The notes under the pieces were generated by a model. That model saw only the letters and a program-made list of their open reading frames with translations, did no database searches and was not told the DNA's origin. Of a stretch of 32,000 bases of DNA, positions 1 through 8,838 are shown piece by piece; position 1 is the first letter of the stretch; each line of letters begins with the position of its first letter. Both the position numbers and the translations under genes were made by a program. Where the stretch lies: positions 990,001-1,022,000 of the forward strand of contig NC_022359.1 in the NCBI RefSeq assembly GCF_000354175.2, given 5' to 3'. Source of the stretch: Vibrio alginolyticus NBRC 15630 = ATCC 17749. Lineage in GTDB: Bacteria; Pseudomonadota; Gammaproteobacteria; Enterobacterales; Vibrionaceae.

Positions 1-173
1 AACTAAACAGCCTACTTGAGCTTCGCGAAGCCTTGGTTGCACTGAAAGGTCCTCTAGGAAACGTTCCTGCGTTCCGTAAGAAGATCGCATCGGTTCTTCA
101 AGATGAAGAAGCGAGAAAGAAACTGTTGGATGAACTAAGCATTGGCAACGACCAAGACGCGAAAGAAGAGTAA
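1..173 (+). CDS. tssB: T6SS small sheath subunit TssB/VipA, C-terminal fragment (5' end outside window)
   Basis: Translation of 3..170 gives LNSLLELREALVALKGPLGNVPAFRKKIASVLQDEEARKKLLDELSIGNDQDAKEE, then TAA at 171-173. This resembles the TssB C-terminus, and the fragment sits 8 nt upstream of tssC. Confidence 0.85.
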   Translation, partial: LNSLLELREALVALKGPLGNVPAFRKKIASVLQDEEARKKLLDELSIGNDQDAKEE

Positions 174-181
174 GGGATATC

Positions 182-1657
182 ATGTCTGCAGAAGCACAAG
201 CGCCAGAACAAGAAGCAGCCTTAGTTGAATCAGGTTCACTTCTGGATAGCATTCTTAACGAAACACGTTTAAAGCCAAGTGATGAAGGTTTTGACGTTGC
301 AAAGCGCGGCGTAGAAGCATTCATCAGTGAGCTACTAAGCAGTTCGAACACAGAGAAAGTCGACCAATCTCTGGTTGATCTGATGATCTCTGAAATCGAC
401 CAAAAATTGTCTAAGCAAGTTGATGCAATTCTTCACAACGAAGAAGTTCAAGCGATTGAATCAACGTGGCGTGGCCTTAAGTACCTGGTTGATCACACTG
501 ACTTCCGCGAGAACATTCAAATCGAACTGATCTCTGCGAAGAAAGACGAAGTTCTTGATGACTTCGAAGACGCGCCAGAGGTGGTGAAGTCTGGCCTGTA
601 CAAGCAGATCTACACACGTGAATACGGCCAGTTCGGTGGTAAACCTGTTGGCGCCGTCATTTGTGATTACGCTATGTCAGCTTCGTCGCCTGACATCAAA
701 TTGATGGAATACATGGCTAACGTAGGTGCAATGTCTCACGCACCATTCATCACGTCGGCATCGGCTAAATTCTTTGGTCTAGACAGCTACGAAGAGCTGC
801 CAAACCTAAAAGATCTGAAGTCTGTATTCGAAGGTCCACAGTACGCGAAATGGCGTGGTCTGCGTGAGCACGAAGATGCGCGCTACCTAGGTCTATGTAC
901 GTCTCGCTTTATGCTACGTACGCCTTACTCTGTTGAAGATAACCCAATCAAGGCGTTTGACTACGATGAGCAAGTCACAGACAGCCATGATAACTACCTA
1001 TGGGGCAACTCAGCGTACGCGATGGCGTCTAAGATCAGTGAATCATTTGCTAAGTACCGTTGGTGTCCGAACATTATTGGTCCTCAAAGCGGTGGTACTG
1101 TACAAGATCTACCGGTTTACAACTTTGAAGCTATGGGTCAAATCGAGACTAAGATCCCAACCGAGATCCTGGTTTCTGACCGTCGTGAGTACGAGCTAGC
1201 GGAAGAAGGCTTCATTGCGCTAACCATGCGTAAAGGTTCTGACAATGCGGCGTTCTTCTCTGCAAACTCTGTTCAAAAACCAAAAGTGTTTGCGAACACG
1301 CCTGAAGGCAAACAAGCCGAGATGAACTACAAGCTAGGTACGCAGCTTCCTTACATGTTCATTATCAACCGTTTAGCGCACTACATAAAAGTGCTACAGC
1401 GTGAGCAAATTGGTTCTTGGAAAGAGCGTTCTGACCTAGAAATCGAATTGAACAAGTGGATCCGTCAATACGTTTCTGACCAGGAGAACCCGCCAGCGGA
1501 AGTCCGTGGTCGTCGTCCACTTCGCGCTGCGAAGGTAGAGGTATCAGACGTAGAAGGCGATCCAGGTTGGTACAAAGTATCGATGTCTGTACGTCCTCAC
1601 TTCAAGTACATGGGCGCAAGCTTCGACTTGTCTCTAGTTGGTAAGCTAGACCAATAA
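182..1657 (+). CDS. tssC: T6SS large sheath subunit TssC/VipB
   Basis: 491-aa ORF of typical TssC length. Recognisable TssC sequence character (e.g. WRGLKYLV, NIIGPQSGG, GWYKVSMSVRPHFKYMG). Position between tssB and tssE. Confidence 0.96.
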   Translation: MSAEAQAPEQEAALVESGSLLDSILNETRLKPSDEGFDVAKRGVEAFISELLSSSNTEKVDQSLVDLMISEIDQKLSKQVDAILHNEEVQAIESTWRGLKYLVDHTDFRENIQIELISAKKDEVLDDFEDAPEVVKSGLYKQIYTREYGQFGGKPVGAVICDYAMSASSPDIKLMEYMANVGAMSHAPFITSASAKFFGLDSYEELPNLKDLKSVFEGPQYAKWRGLREHEDARYLGLCTSRFMLRTPYSVEDNPIKAFDYDEQVTDSHDNYLWGNSAYAMASKISESFAKYRWCPNIIGPQSGGTVQDLPVYNFEAMGQIETKIPTEILVSDRREYELAEEGFIALTMRKGSDNAAFFSANSVQKPKVFANTPEGKQAEMNYKLGTQLPYMFIINRLAHYIKVLQREQIGSWKERSDLEIELNKWIRQYVSDQENPPAEVRGRRPLRAAKVEVSDVEGDPGWYKVSMSVRPHFKYMGASFDLSLVGKLDQ

Positions 1658-1675
1658 CCCATTACTGAAACCATC

Positions 1676-1706
1676 AAGCAGCCAGTGAAGACTGGCTGCT
1701 TTTTTC
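1676..1706 (+). terminator. Rho-independent terminator/attenuator hairpin between tssC and tssE
   Basis: Perfect 11-bp stem aagcagccagt / actggctgctt (1676-1686 / 1691-1701) with a GAAG loop, followed by a T run to 1705. It ends 13 nt before the tssE ATG. Confidence 0.65.
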
Positions 1707-1718
1707 GTAGGACCGCAT

Positions 1719-2129
1719 ATGGAAAAAGGTTACCGTCTTTTAGAGCGGATCGAGCTAGGAGAACCAAAAAACTGCTACGAGAAAGTGGTGTCTCATAAGC
1801 ATTTGATTGAATCCATTCACTCGCATCTCGCTGACTTGTTGAATACGCATTCCGGCAACGCAATGATCGACAATGAGTATGGTCTGCCAGATTTTAACGA
1901 CGTACTTTCTAACAACACAAACCTCGTTCGCCATATTCAAAAAAACATTACGTCAACCATAGAACGCTTTGAGCCCCGACTGCTTAATGTCGAGGTTCAT
2001 TACCGTGAAGATCACCATAATCCATTACAACTCGGCTTTGGTATTCGCGGCGAAGTTTCCCATAACGGCGGTAAAGTCCCAATGTCGATCGATGTCTACA
2101 TGGGAACCGACGGCCAATTTAACGTTTAG
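1719..2129 (+). CDS. tssE: T6SS baseplate subunit TssE (gp25-like)
   Basis: 136-aa ORF with gp25/GPW-like character (LLERI..., SIHSHLADLLNTHSG, IERFEPRL). Canonical position between tssC and tssF. Confidence 0.9.
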   Translation: MEKGYRLLERIELGEPKNCYEKVVSHKHLIESIHSHLADLLNTHSGNAMIDNEYGLPDFNDVLSNNTNLVRHIQKNITSTIERFEPRLLNVEVHYREDHHNPLQLGFGIRGEVSHNGGKVPMSIDVYMGTDGQFNV

Positions 2130-2139
2130 TAGGTGCCAC

Positions 2140-3888
2140 TTGAGTAACAGTAAATACTTTCAAGATGAACTCACGTATTTACGCGAGTCGGGTAGTGAGT
2201 TTGCCAAATATCATCCGAAGTTAACTCACTTTCTCTCTGAAGGAACTTTTGATCCAGATGTCGAACGATTGCTGGAGGGTTTTGCTTTTTTGACCGGACG
2301 CATCCGCGAAAAGATTGACGATGAACTTCCTGAGCTAACGCAATCTCTGATGACTTTGCTGTGGCCACATTACATGCGTTCGATTCCGTCTTTGTGTATT
2401 AGCGAACTAAAACCGCATACCGGAAGTGTTACTGAGAAAACCGTGGTGAAACGTGGTGCGGAAATGGCCAGCGAGCAGGTAGAAGGCACGCAGTGTTTGT
2501 TCCGTACTTGTTATGACGTCAATCTATACCCAATTACGATTACTAACATCGAACAAACTAACAGCCGCACCAGCTCGATGATTGATGTGACGTTATCGAC
2601 GGAGCATGGCCTTGAGCTGTCTCGGATAGGTTTAGACACGCTGCGATTGCACCTGCATGGTGAGATTCATATTACTCGCACTGTCTTCTTATGGCTGTTC
2701 CGTTATCTAGATCACGTCGAGTTGGATGTTGGTGGCGGCTACAAACATCGTTTAGGGCCAGAATACGTTAAGCCAGTCGGGCATGAAGAGGACGAGGCGC
2801 TGTTGCCTTACAGCAAAAATTCCTTTGCAGGCTACCGTTTGCTGCAAGAATTCTTCTCTTTGCCAGATAAGTTCATGTTCTTCGACATTAAAGGCTTAGA
2901 GTGGCTAAAAGGCATTCCACAGCGCAGTACGGTCAAAATCAAATTCCACTTTAAGCGTGCTTTGCCTTCAGAGGTGGTGCTTAAAGATAAACACTTAAGG
3001 TTGCACTGCACACCTGCCGTCAACTTGTTTGAAAAAGACGGCGATCCAATCCGTTTAGAGCATCGACGAAACGAGTACAAGGTGCGTCCACAAAGTAACA
3101 CTCAGGAGCATTACGAGGTTTATTCCATTGAGCAAGTGGAGAGCTGGAGTAAAGACGAGCGTCGCCGAAAACCACTGATTGAATTTGAATCGTTTGAGCA
3201 CCAAATCAACCAGCGTGATAAGCGAGAGTTCTACAAATCCAAAGTGGGTGAGCGAGTAAGCGGAAGAGGGTTAGAGCGCTATATCTCATTCCATACTCAC
3301 AATGGCGACATTGCGGATTTAGGGACTGAAACAGTATTGATGAAACTGCAATGCAGTAACGCAGACTTAGCGGAGCGCCTGTCAGTAGGAGATATCACGT
3401 ACGCGACGCACAAATCGCCAACGTATGCGACGTTTAAAAACATTACTAAGCCAACACAGTCAGTAAGTCCTCAGGTTAATGGTGAACTTCAATGGCAGTT
3501 GATTGCCAACATGTCGCTCAACTACTTGTCTTTGGCCAATATCGATGTGTTGAAAGTGTTGCTCTCGACTTACGACTTCCACTCTCGAGTCGATAGACAA
3601 GCCCACCGCGCGTCGATTCATCGACTTGATGGCATTATTTCGTCAGAGATGAAACCAATCGATCGCGTATTTCGTGGTGTATCTGTGCGTGGTAACCAAT
3701 TCAAGCTCGTGACGGACTCTAAGTTCTTCGTAAATGAAGGCGATATGTTCCTTATGGCCACGGTATTGAATGAATTTATCCGTTTGTATTCGAGTGTGAA
3801 CTCCTTTACCGAACTAGAGGTGTTCGATGAAGCGACGGGCGAGGTTTACAACTGGGCAAGCCTAATCGGGCAGCAGACGATACTATGA
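2140..3888 (+). CDS. tssF: T6SS baseplate subunit TssF
   Basis: Long ORF with a TssF-like N-terminus (SNSKYFQDELTYLRESGSEFAKYHPKL). Start chosen at TTG 2140, with AGGTG at 2131-2135 upstream. This leaves about 9 residues before the conserved ELxYLRE, as in other TssF proteins. ATG 2092 is an alternative start. The stop overlaps the tssG start (ATGA at 3885). Confidence 0.9.
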   Translation: MSNSKYFQDELTYLRESGSEFAKYHPKLTHFLSEGTFDPDVERLLEGFAFLTGRIREKIDDELPELTQSLMTLLWPHYMRSIPSLCISELKPHTGSVTEKTVVKRGAEMASEQVEGTQCLFRTCYDVNLYPITITNIEQTNSRTSSMIDVTLSTEHGLELSRIGLDTLRLHLHGEIHITRTVFLWLFRYLDHVELDVGGGYKHRLGPEYVKPVGHEEDEALLPYSKNSFAGYRLLQEFFSLPDKFMFFDIKGLEWLKGIPQRSTVKIKFHFKRALPSEVVLKDKHLRLHCTPAVNLFEKDGDPIRLEHRRNEYKVRPQSNTQEHYEVYSIEQVESWSKDERRRKPLIEFESFEHQINQRDKREFYKSKVGERVSGRGLERYISFHTHNGDIADLGTETVLMKLQCSNADLAERLSVGDITYATHKSPTYATFKNITKPTQSVSPQVNGELQWQLIANMSLNYLSLANIDVLKVLLSTYDFHSRVDRQAHRASIHRLDGIISSEMKPIDRVFRGVSVRGNQFKLVTDSKFFVNEGDMFLMATVLNEFIRLYSSVNSFTELEVFDEATGEVYNWASLIGQQTIL

Positions 3889-4883
3889 TTAACACACTTT
3901 CTGATAAGTCGAATGAGTTTAGTTTCTACCAAGCGGTGTTGCTGTTAGAGAAACACTACCAGCTGGAGCCAAACTCAAACTTTGTTGCCGTGGGCGAGAA
4001 CAAATACTTCCACCAAGAACGAATTGAGTTCAGCGTGTCGCCAAACTTGTGCTTTCCAAAGAGTGATATGGATTTTATTACTCATATGGAAAGAAACGGA
4101 CAGCAATATTCACGTATTGAGACGAACTTTCTTGGCTTGCATGGTTCAAGCTCGCCCCTACCTGCGTCTTACACTGAGAAACTCGTCGGTCGTGATCCCG
4201 ATGATAACCCAGTGAAGGACTTCTTCGACTTTTTCCACAACCGCTATACAAGCTTACTGTATCGTGTTTGGAAGAAATACCGATATCACGTGCAGTACAA
4301 AAGCGGGGCGAGCGATGCGTTTTCTGGGCGCATACTGCATTTGGCTGGTCTGTCTAGCGTTATGCAAGATTGTGAAGTAGCGGAGTTAGATCGAGCGAAA
4401 GTTCTGTCTTACGTGAACCAGTTATCTACGCGTACACGCTCACCCAAGCTTATTTCCGGTATTGTTTCGCACTACTTTTCACTGCCGAATGTGCGAATCG
4501 AAGAATGGGTTTATCGGCGGGTCGAGATTGCAGAAAGCCAACGTAACAAACTCAACCGCTCCAATTGTATATTGGGGCAAAGCTTACACTTGGGACAAAG
4601 CATTGCGGATTTGAACGGCAAGTTTAACTTGTGTATCGACAACATTGATTTTGAAACGTTTAAGCAGTTTTCCTACGATGGTGAGTTACATAAGACGCTG
4701 GTGGGCTTGATGCGCTTTATTCTGCGTGACCCAATGTCGTGGGACCTAAAGTTGACAGTTAACCTAGACAGTATTCCAGAAAACAAACTGGGTAATGGAG
4801 AAGGGAACCAACTAGGTCAAACGTTCTGGCTTGGCAACCCAGGTGATAAAGACGCCAAAATTCGACTTATCGGAAGCATATAA
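3885..4883 (+). CDS. tssG: T6SS baseplate subunit TssG
   Basis: 332-aa ORF translationally coupled to tssF. The N-terminus FSFYQAVLLLEK is typical of TssG, and size and position fit. Confidence 0.9.
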   Translation: MINTLSDKSNEFSFYQAVLLLEKHYQLEPNSNFVAVGENKYFHQERIEFSVSPNLCFPKSDMDFITHMERNGQQYSRIETNFLGLHGSSSPLPASYTEKLVGRDPDDNPVKDFFDFFHNRYTSLLYRVWKKYRYHVQYKSGASDAFSGRILHLAGLSSVMQDCEVAELDRAKVLSYVNQLSTRTRSPKLISGIVSHYFSLPNVRIEEWVYRRVEIAESQRNKLNRSNCILGQSLHLGQSIADLNGKFNLCIDNIDFETFKQFSYDGELHKTLVGLMRFILRDPMSWDLKLTVNLDSIPENKLGNGEGNQLGQTFWLGNPGDKDAKIRLIGSI

Positions 4884-4887
4884 GAAA

Positions 4888-4916
4888 GCCGCTCAACGAG
4901 CGGCCCTTTATGTTTT
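4888..4916. terminator. Hairpin terminator between convergent tssG and the Lrp-family gene
   Basis: Stem gccgctc (4888-4894) / gagcggc (4898-4904), followed by cctttatgtttt on the plus strand. It lies between two convergent stop codons (4883 and 4938). Confidence 0.5.
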
Positions 4917-4937
4917 CCTCAAAGAGGTCAGAAAAGC

Positions 4938-5390
4938 TTAACGACTGATCGGCTGATGCAGTACAACGGTAGTATCAAGCCTTTGAATGCCGTTAAATGA
5001 TTCAATTTCATTACAAAGATGATGAATAGACTGCAGGTCGGGCGCTTCAATTAGGGCAATAATATCAAAGTTGCCACCAACAACGCTCGTTAAGCGAACC
5101 TCAGGAATTTCTTTAAGTGCATTCGTTACATCATTCTTCTTACCCTTTTCACAAGAAATCAGTAGATAACTAGCGGCTTTTCGCCCTTCATTTTCTACAC
5201 GAATCTGTGCGGTATAGCCTTTGATAATACCGGTCTTTTCTAAACGATTAATTCTTTCTGCTACTGCTGTTCGAGACAAACCAATGTTTCGGGATAGATT
5301 CGCAATCGACTCTCGCCCATTCGACAATAGACTTGAAAGTATTTTTCGATCTAATTTATCTAAACCTTGTAAAGTCATGTTTGAAATCAT
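4938..5390 (-). CDS. Lrp/AsnC-family transcriptional regulator embedded in the T6SS cluster
   Basis: 150 aa. N-terminal HTH_AsnC pattern (LDKLDRKILSSLLSNGRESIANLSRNIGLSRTAVAERINRLEKTGIIKGY) and a C-terminal RAM/AsnC_trans_reg-like half. Co-directional with tssM and 31 nt downstream of it. Confidence 0.9.
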   Translation of the reverse strand: MISNMTLQGLDKLDRKILSSLLSNGRESIANLSRNIGLSRTAVAERINRLEKTGIIKGYTAQIRVENEGRKAASYLLISCEKGKKNDVTNALKEIPEVRLTSVVGGNFDIIALIEAPDLQSIHHLCNEIESFNGIQRLDTTVVLHQPISR

Positions 5391-5421
5391 GTGTTCTGCC
5401 TATTTTGTTTTTATATTGTTA

Positions 5422-8400
5422 TTAAATCGACTCAGGGAGCGTAAAGTTATACAGCTCAGCAAGAGTGAATGGGTTTTTCTGTGTCAACGGAGTGATGCGT
5501 AAGCTCAAGTCCCTCCCTGACACTTTTATGTCACTGACAAAGCTGCCGTTATGAGTGTTTGTCAAGGTCGAGTCACCTAGCAATCTGTATATCGCCCATT
5601 GACCACTCTTATTTAAAACGTGCTGTCTGCCTTCATCGGTTACATCCTGGAGTGTGATACTAATATTGAAGTCACCATTTTGCGGTGGCCATGCCATTTC
5701 ACGAATGCGGCTTGGACCGTGGTAGTAACTTATATTGGTATCTGCAATTTTTAAGCTCGCTCTAATCGCACTAGAATCAAGATCGAGTACTCTTGCACTA
5801 AACGGAATATGAACGCGGTTAGTGCTTTTATTAATTAATGTGTCTCGAATAACGTTATAGTTACGCAGTTGCACTAACAGAGCCGGAGAGATTGGCATCG
5901 TCTCGCCATCCACCTGTTTTGGCGTCCACAAATTGGTATCGTAGAACGGTGCAAAATTTTTCTGAATAAATGTGTCTAACAAGCCACCTGAAGCAAACAG
6001 TAATTCAAAATCTTCAATTGAGATTTCCTCGGTCGCTGTTAGATCAAATGGGTATCGTCCCAGCCCTATCTCTTTAAACTTGGTGTAAATCTCGCTGTAC
6101 CATTGGGTTTGAATGCCTTTAGCGGACTCTTTAATCATGACTGACCAGCTTTGTTGAACCACATCTAACAACCAGCTACGAACGGGTTCCGGTGATTTTT
6201 GGGCAATCTGTTTAAGTTTTATTAATGGGTCAGCTTCACTGCTGTTCATTCGATGCTGAGCTGCCGCTAGCGCCGCCATTTGCGGGTCAGGTGCATCAGC
6301 TATGTCTTTCATATATGTGCGAACACGGCTTAACGCAGCTACGGTCTCATCCCAAGGAGTAGGGGAGTTTGGTGTTTCACTGACCTGAAGTTGGTTTAAT
6401 AAGTGAAAAGCTTGTTCAACACGTTTCATCAACAAGTAATCAGGCTTAACTACTTCCTCTACTGCGTCTGATGCGGAGTCTGCCGCTGCCACGAGTTTCG
6501 GGTCTAGCTTTGAAATCAGAGCATTTTTTTCACCAACGGGTGAAAATTGTGTGTTGGCATAGACCTGCTTCAGTACGGTTGTCATTGGTGAAGAAGGGCC
6601 CGAGATTAAGTCTATCGCGTTCGTTAGATCGCCGACATTGTCATAGTTCTGGACTTTTAGTTCACTCAGCGCATTGCGCCAATTACTGATGTAGTCGTCA
6701 GTATATTTTTTACGTACTTCCTCTTTGAAGGCTTCTTGTTCTTCACTAGTAGGAATAACGTGTTGTGACAGACCTAAAACCCAGTTGTCACTGATGACTT
6801 GTTGTGACATTAGGTCCACGCGTGGTCGATAAAAAGTGCTAAAGCCAGTGGAGGTATAGATCTTATCTACGATCAAGCGTTCACTATCGATTGGTGTGTT
6901 GAATACATTGCTAAACTCAAAACCCACAGCTCGTTGCAGATCTAGGGTTCCTAAATCAATCGAATTTGCTTCGTTTAAAATGCCTGCATAAACGAGATCA
7001 ACATTCGAATTTGCTAGCAATGAGCGACGTGTTGCGCGAACAAGATCCATATTGATATCAATTGGATCAAACTGCGTGCGAAAGTAAGCGTCCAAATAGC
7101 GCATCGCCTGATTGACGACGTCACTTTGGTTGCTCAAATCGTTCATCATTTGGAGAGTTTGATGACGCAAAAAACGGATATCACGCTTTGTTGGATCGTT
7201 TAGCATTAGATACCCCTTCAATAGAGGTAAAGCGCGTGTAAAAGTGTTTTGATTTTGTGTCAGTTGTAGACGGTAACCTTTCTCAATGAGAGGTATCAAC
7301 TGTTGAGCAACGTCCTTAAGTAATGCTTCGTAAGCGATGCGAGTGCTTTGACCCAAACGGCTAATGTTGAGTGGTAATATCTCTTCATCCAAAGCCTTAG
7401 AACCTTTAAGCCACGCCCCATAAGAAGGCTCTATTGCTTTCGTCGCCTTCGCTAAAAGCTCATTGAATTTTGCATCTTGCTCTACTTGTGATTTGTCATC
7501 GATACTCAAGAGTTGATTCATCACATGTAAGTTACTGTCTAATGTCGTGAAAAAGAAGTAACTGCCCCCAGTAAGCAGGATAATAGAGCCGAGTATTGCC
7601 AAACGGCTTTGCCTCTGAATTAGACGAAGATACGTCTTGTTTTCGCCCGCAAAGTCGCTTTCCGGCAATATTTGTGAATCAATCAGAAAACGAGAGAAAT
7701 AAGGCGTTTCTGTTAACTGAGTATGCTCTGACGCGATAATAGGTAAGTTGAAGTAATTACTACAACTTTTTGCAAGTAAATTGTACTTGCGACCGCCTTG
7801 CAGACTCGAACTAAAGAAAATCTCACGGATGTCTAGTGAATAGACACCGTTGTTAACATCACATAGACGCTCAAGCACATAGCAGACTTCAGACTGACAT
7901 AGCTCAAACTGCTTAGGGAAAGCGAGTATTGCTTGTTTCTCATCAATGTCCGTTGAATTAGCGGATGCATCTAGCGCATTACTTTCAAGCACTCTCACTA
8001 GATTTCGATAGCTATCGCGGTAGTACTCTGCAAATACACCTTTGGCTTCTTTTAGTGGGATAGAGAGGAACTCAACACGTGTCTTGAGAGAGCTAAAGTG
8101 CATGTATTCTTTAAAGCCATCTAACTTGTCTAGCTTTGACATAATCAAATAGATTGGCAATGCTGAAGACGTTTTAGAGTTGATGGTACTCAAGCGCGCC
8201 AATAACGACGAAATGGTGTACTCTTTTTGCTCTGGCTCAGAGACGATCATGAACTCGAAATCGGTGAAGAATAGACACCCAGAAAATGGCTTTCGAGGTC
8301 GATGATGAATAACTTCTTCAATGAACGTATTCCATAAAGAAGCATCACTGCTTGATACTTCCTGGAACACTAAGCGTTGGTCTGGTTTGATGTATACAGC

Positions 8401-8811
8401 GCTGTCAGATTCGTACCATTCAAAAAAGTCATTCTTAGCGGTTCTAGTGCGATCCATCGGTTTGATTGCACTAGAATTAAATAAAAATTGACGTCGCCCT
8501 GACCCTTTATTACCAAGCATCAGGTAAATTGGTTTCTTGCCTGAGTTAGCAAGAAGAGGCTGGATAACCATAGAAAGTGCTTCTTCCTCGGTTTCCAAAT
8601 GTTGAGCTTTAGCGTTGTTCTTTTTCTTCAACCATAATGTGAATTGAAAAGTGACGTAAACAATGGCGATAGCACCAAGGGTCAGCCAAAGATAAAGTTG
8701 ATCGATTTCGTCAAGAAAAAGCAGATAAATAGTGGTGATAATTACAGCCACTAAAAACATCAATATAGTAGAAATCACCACTGGATTTCTAAACAGTTTT
8801 TGTTTGAACAT
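5422..8811 (-). CDS. tssM: T6SS membrane complex subunit TssM (IcmF-like)
   Basis: 1129 aa. Two N-terminal TM helices, a P-loop-like segment (LMLGNKGSGRRQFL), a third TM helix (LAILGSIILLTGGSYFFFTTL), and a long periplasmic IcmF-like C-terminal region. Confidence 0.93.
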   Translation of the reverse strand: MFKQKLFRNPVVISTILMFLVAVIITTIYLLFLDEIDQLYLWLTLGAIAIVYVTFQFTLWLKKKNNAKAQHLETEEEALSMVIQPLLANSGKKPIYLMLGNKGSGRRQFLFNSSAIKPMDRTRTAKNDFFEWYESDSAVYIKPDQRLVFQEVSSSDASLWNTFIEEVIHHRPRKPFSGCLFFTDFEFMIVSEPEQKEYTISSLLARLSTINSKTSSALPIYLIMSKLDKLDGFKEYMHFSSLKTRVEFLSIPLKEAKGVFAEYYRDSYRNLVRVLESNALDASANSTDIDEKQAILAFPKQFELCQSEVCYVLERLCDVNNGVYSLDIREIFFSSSLQGGRKYNLLAKSCSNYFNLPIIASEHTQLTETPYFSRFLIDSQILPESDFAGENKTYLRLIQRQSRLAILGSIILLTGGSYFFFTTLDSNLHVMNQLLSIDDKSQVEQDAKFNELLAKATKAIEPSYGAWLKGSKALDEEILPLNISRLGQSTRIAYEALLKDVAQQLIPLIEKGYRLQLTQNQNTFTRALPLLKGYLMLNDPTKRDIRFLRHQTLQMMNDLSNQSDVVNQAMRYLDAYFRTQFDPIDINMDLVRATRRSLLANSNVDLVYAGILNEANSIDLGTLDLQRAVGFEFSNVFNTPIDSERLIVDKIYTSTGFSTFYRPRVDLMSQQVISDNWVLGLSQHVIPTSEEQEAFKEEVRKKYTDDYISNWRNALSELKVQNYDNVGDLTNAIDLISGPSSPMTTVLKQVYANTQFSPVGEKNALISKLDPKLVAAADSASDAVEEVVKPDYLLMKRVEQAFHLLNQLQVSETPNSPTPWDETVAALSRVRTYMKDIADAPDPQMAALAAAQHRMNSSEADPLIKLKQIAQKSPEPVRSWLLDVVQQSWSVMIKESAKGIQTQWYSEIYTKFKEIGLGRYPFDLTATEEISIEDFELLFASGGLLDTFIQKNFAPFYDTNLWTPKQVDGETMPISPALLVQLRNYNVIRDTLINKSTNRVHIPFSARVLDLDSSAIRASLKIADTNISYYHGPSRIREMAWPPQNGDFNISITLQDVTDEGRQHVLNKSGQWAIYRLLGDSTLTNTHNGSFVSDIKVSGRDLSLRITPLTQKNPFTLAELYNFTLPESI

Positions 8812-8838
8812 AAGCCTAAAACTTCTTTAATTGTATTG

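Noticed and set aside
933-1199. Nested and antisense ORFs of 60-130 aa inside long genes. Examples: 933-1199, 1597-1863(-), 2832-3101(-), 3982-4215, 6471-6689, 11513-11734(-), 14217-14534(-), 16741-16956(-), 17807-18037(-), 27458-27844(-), 29521-29778(-), 31664-31972(-).
   Set aside because: All of them lie fully inside, or antisense to, strongly supported genes. They have odd composition (Arg/Ser/Leu/Cys-rich) and no RBS or family resemblance. They are typical shadow ORFs.
1969-2139. The ORF track extends the tssF reading frame back to ATG 1969, overlapping tssE by 160 nt.
   Set aside because: The extension (MSPDCLMSRFITVKITIIHYNS...) has no TssF-like sequence and lies inside the well-supported tssE gene. 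Homologous TssF proteins start about 9 residues before the ELxYLRE motif, which fits TTG 2140 (or at most ATG 2092).
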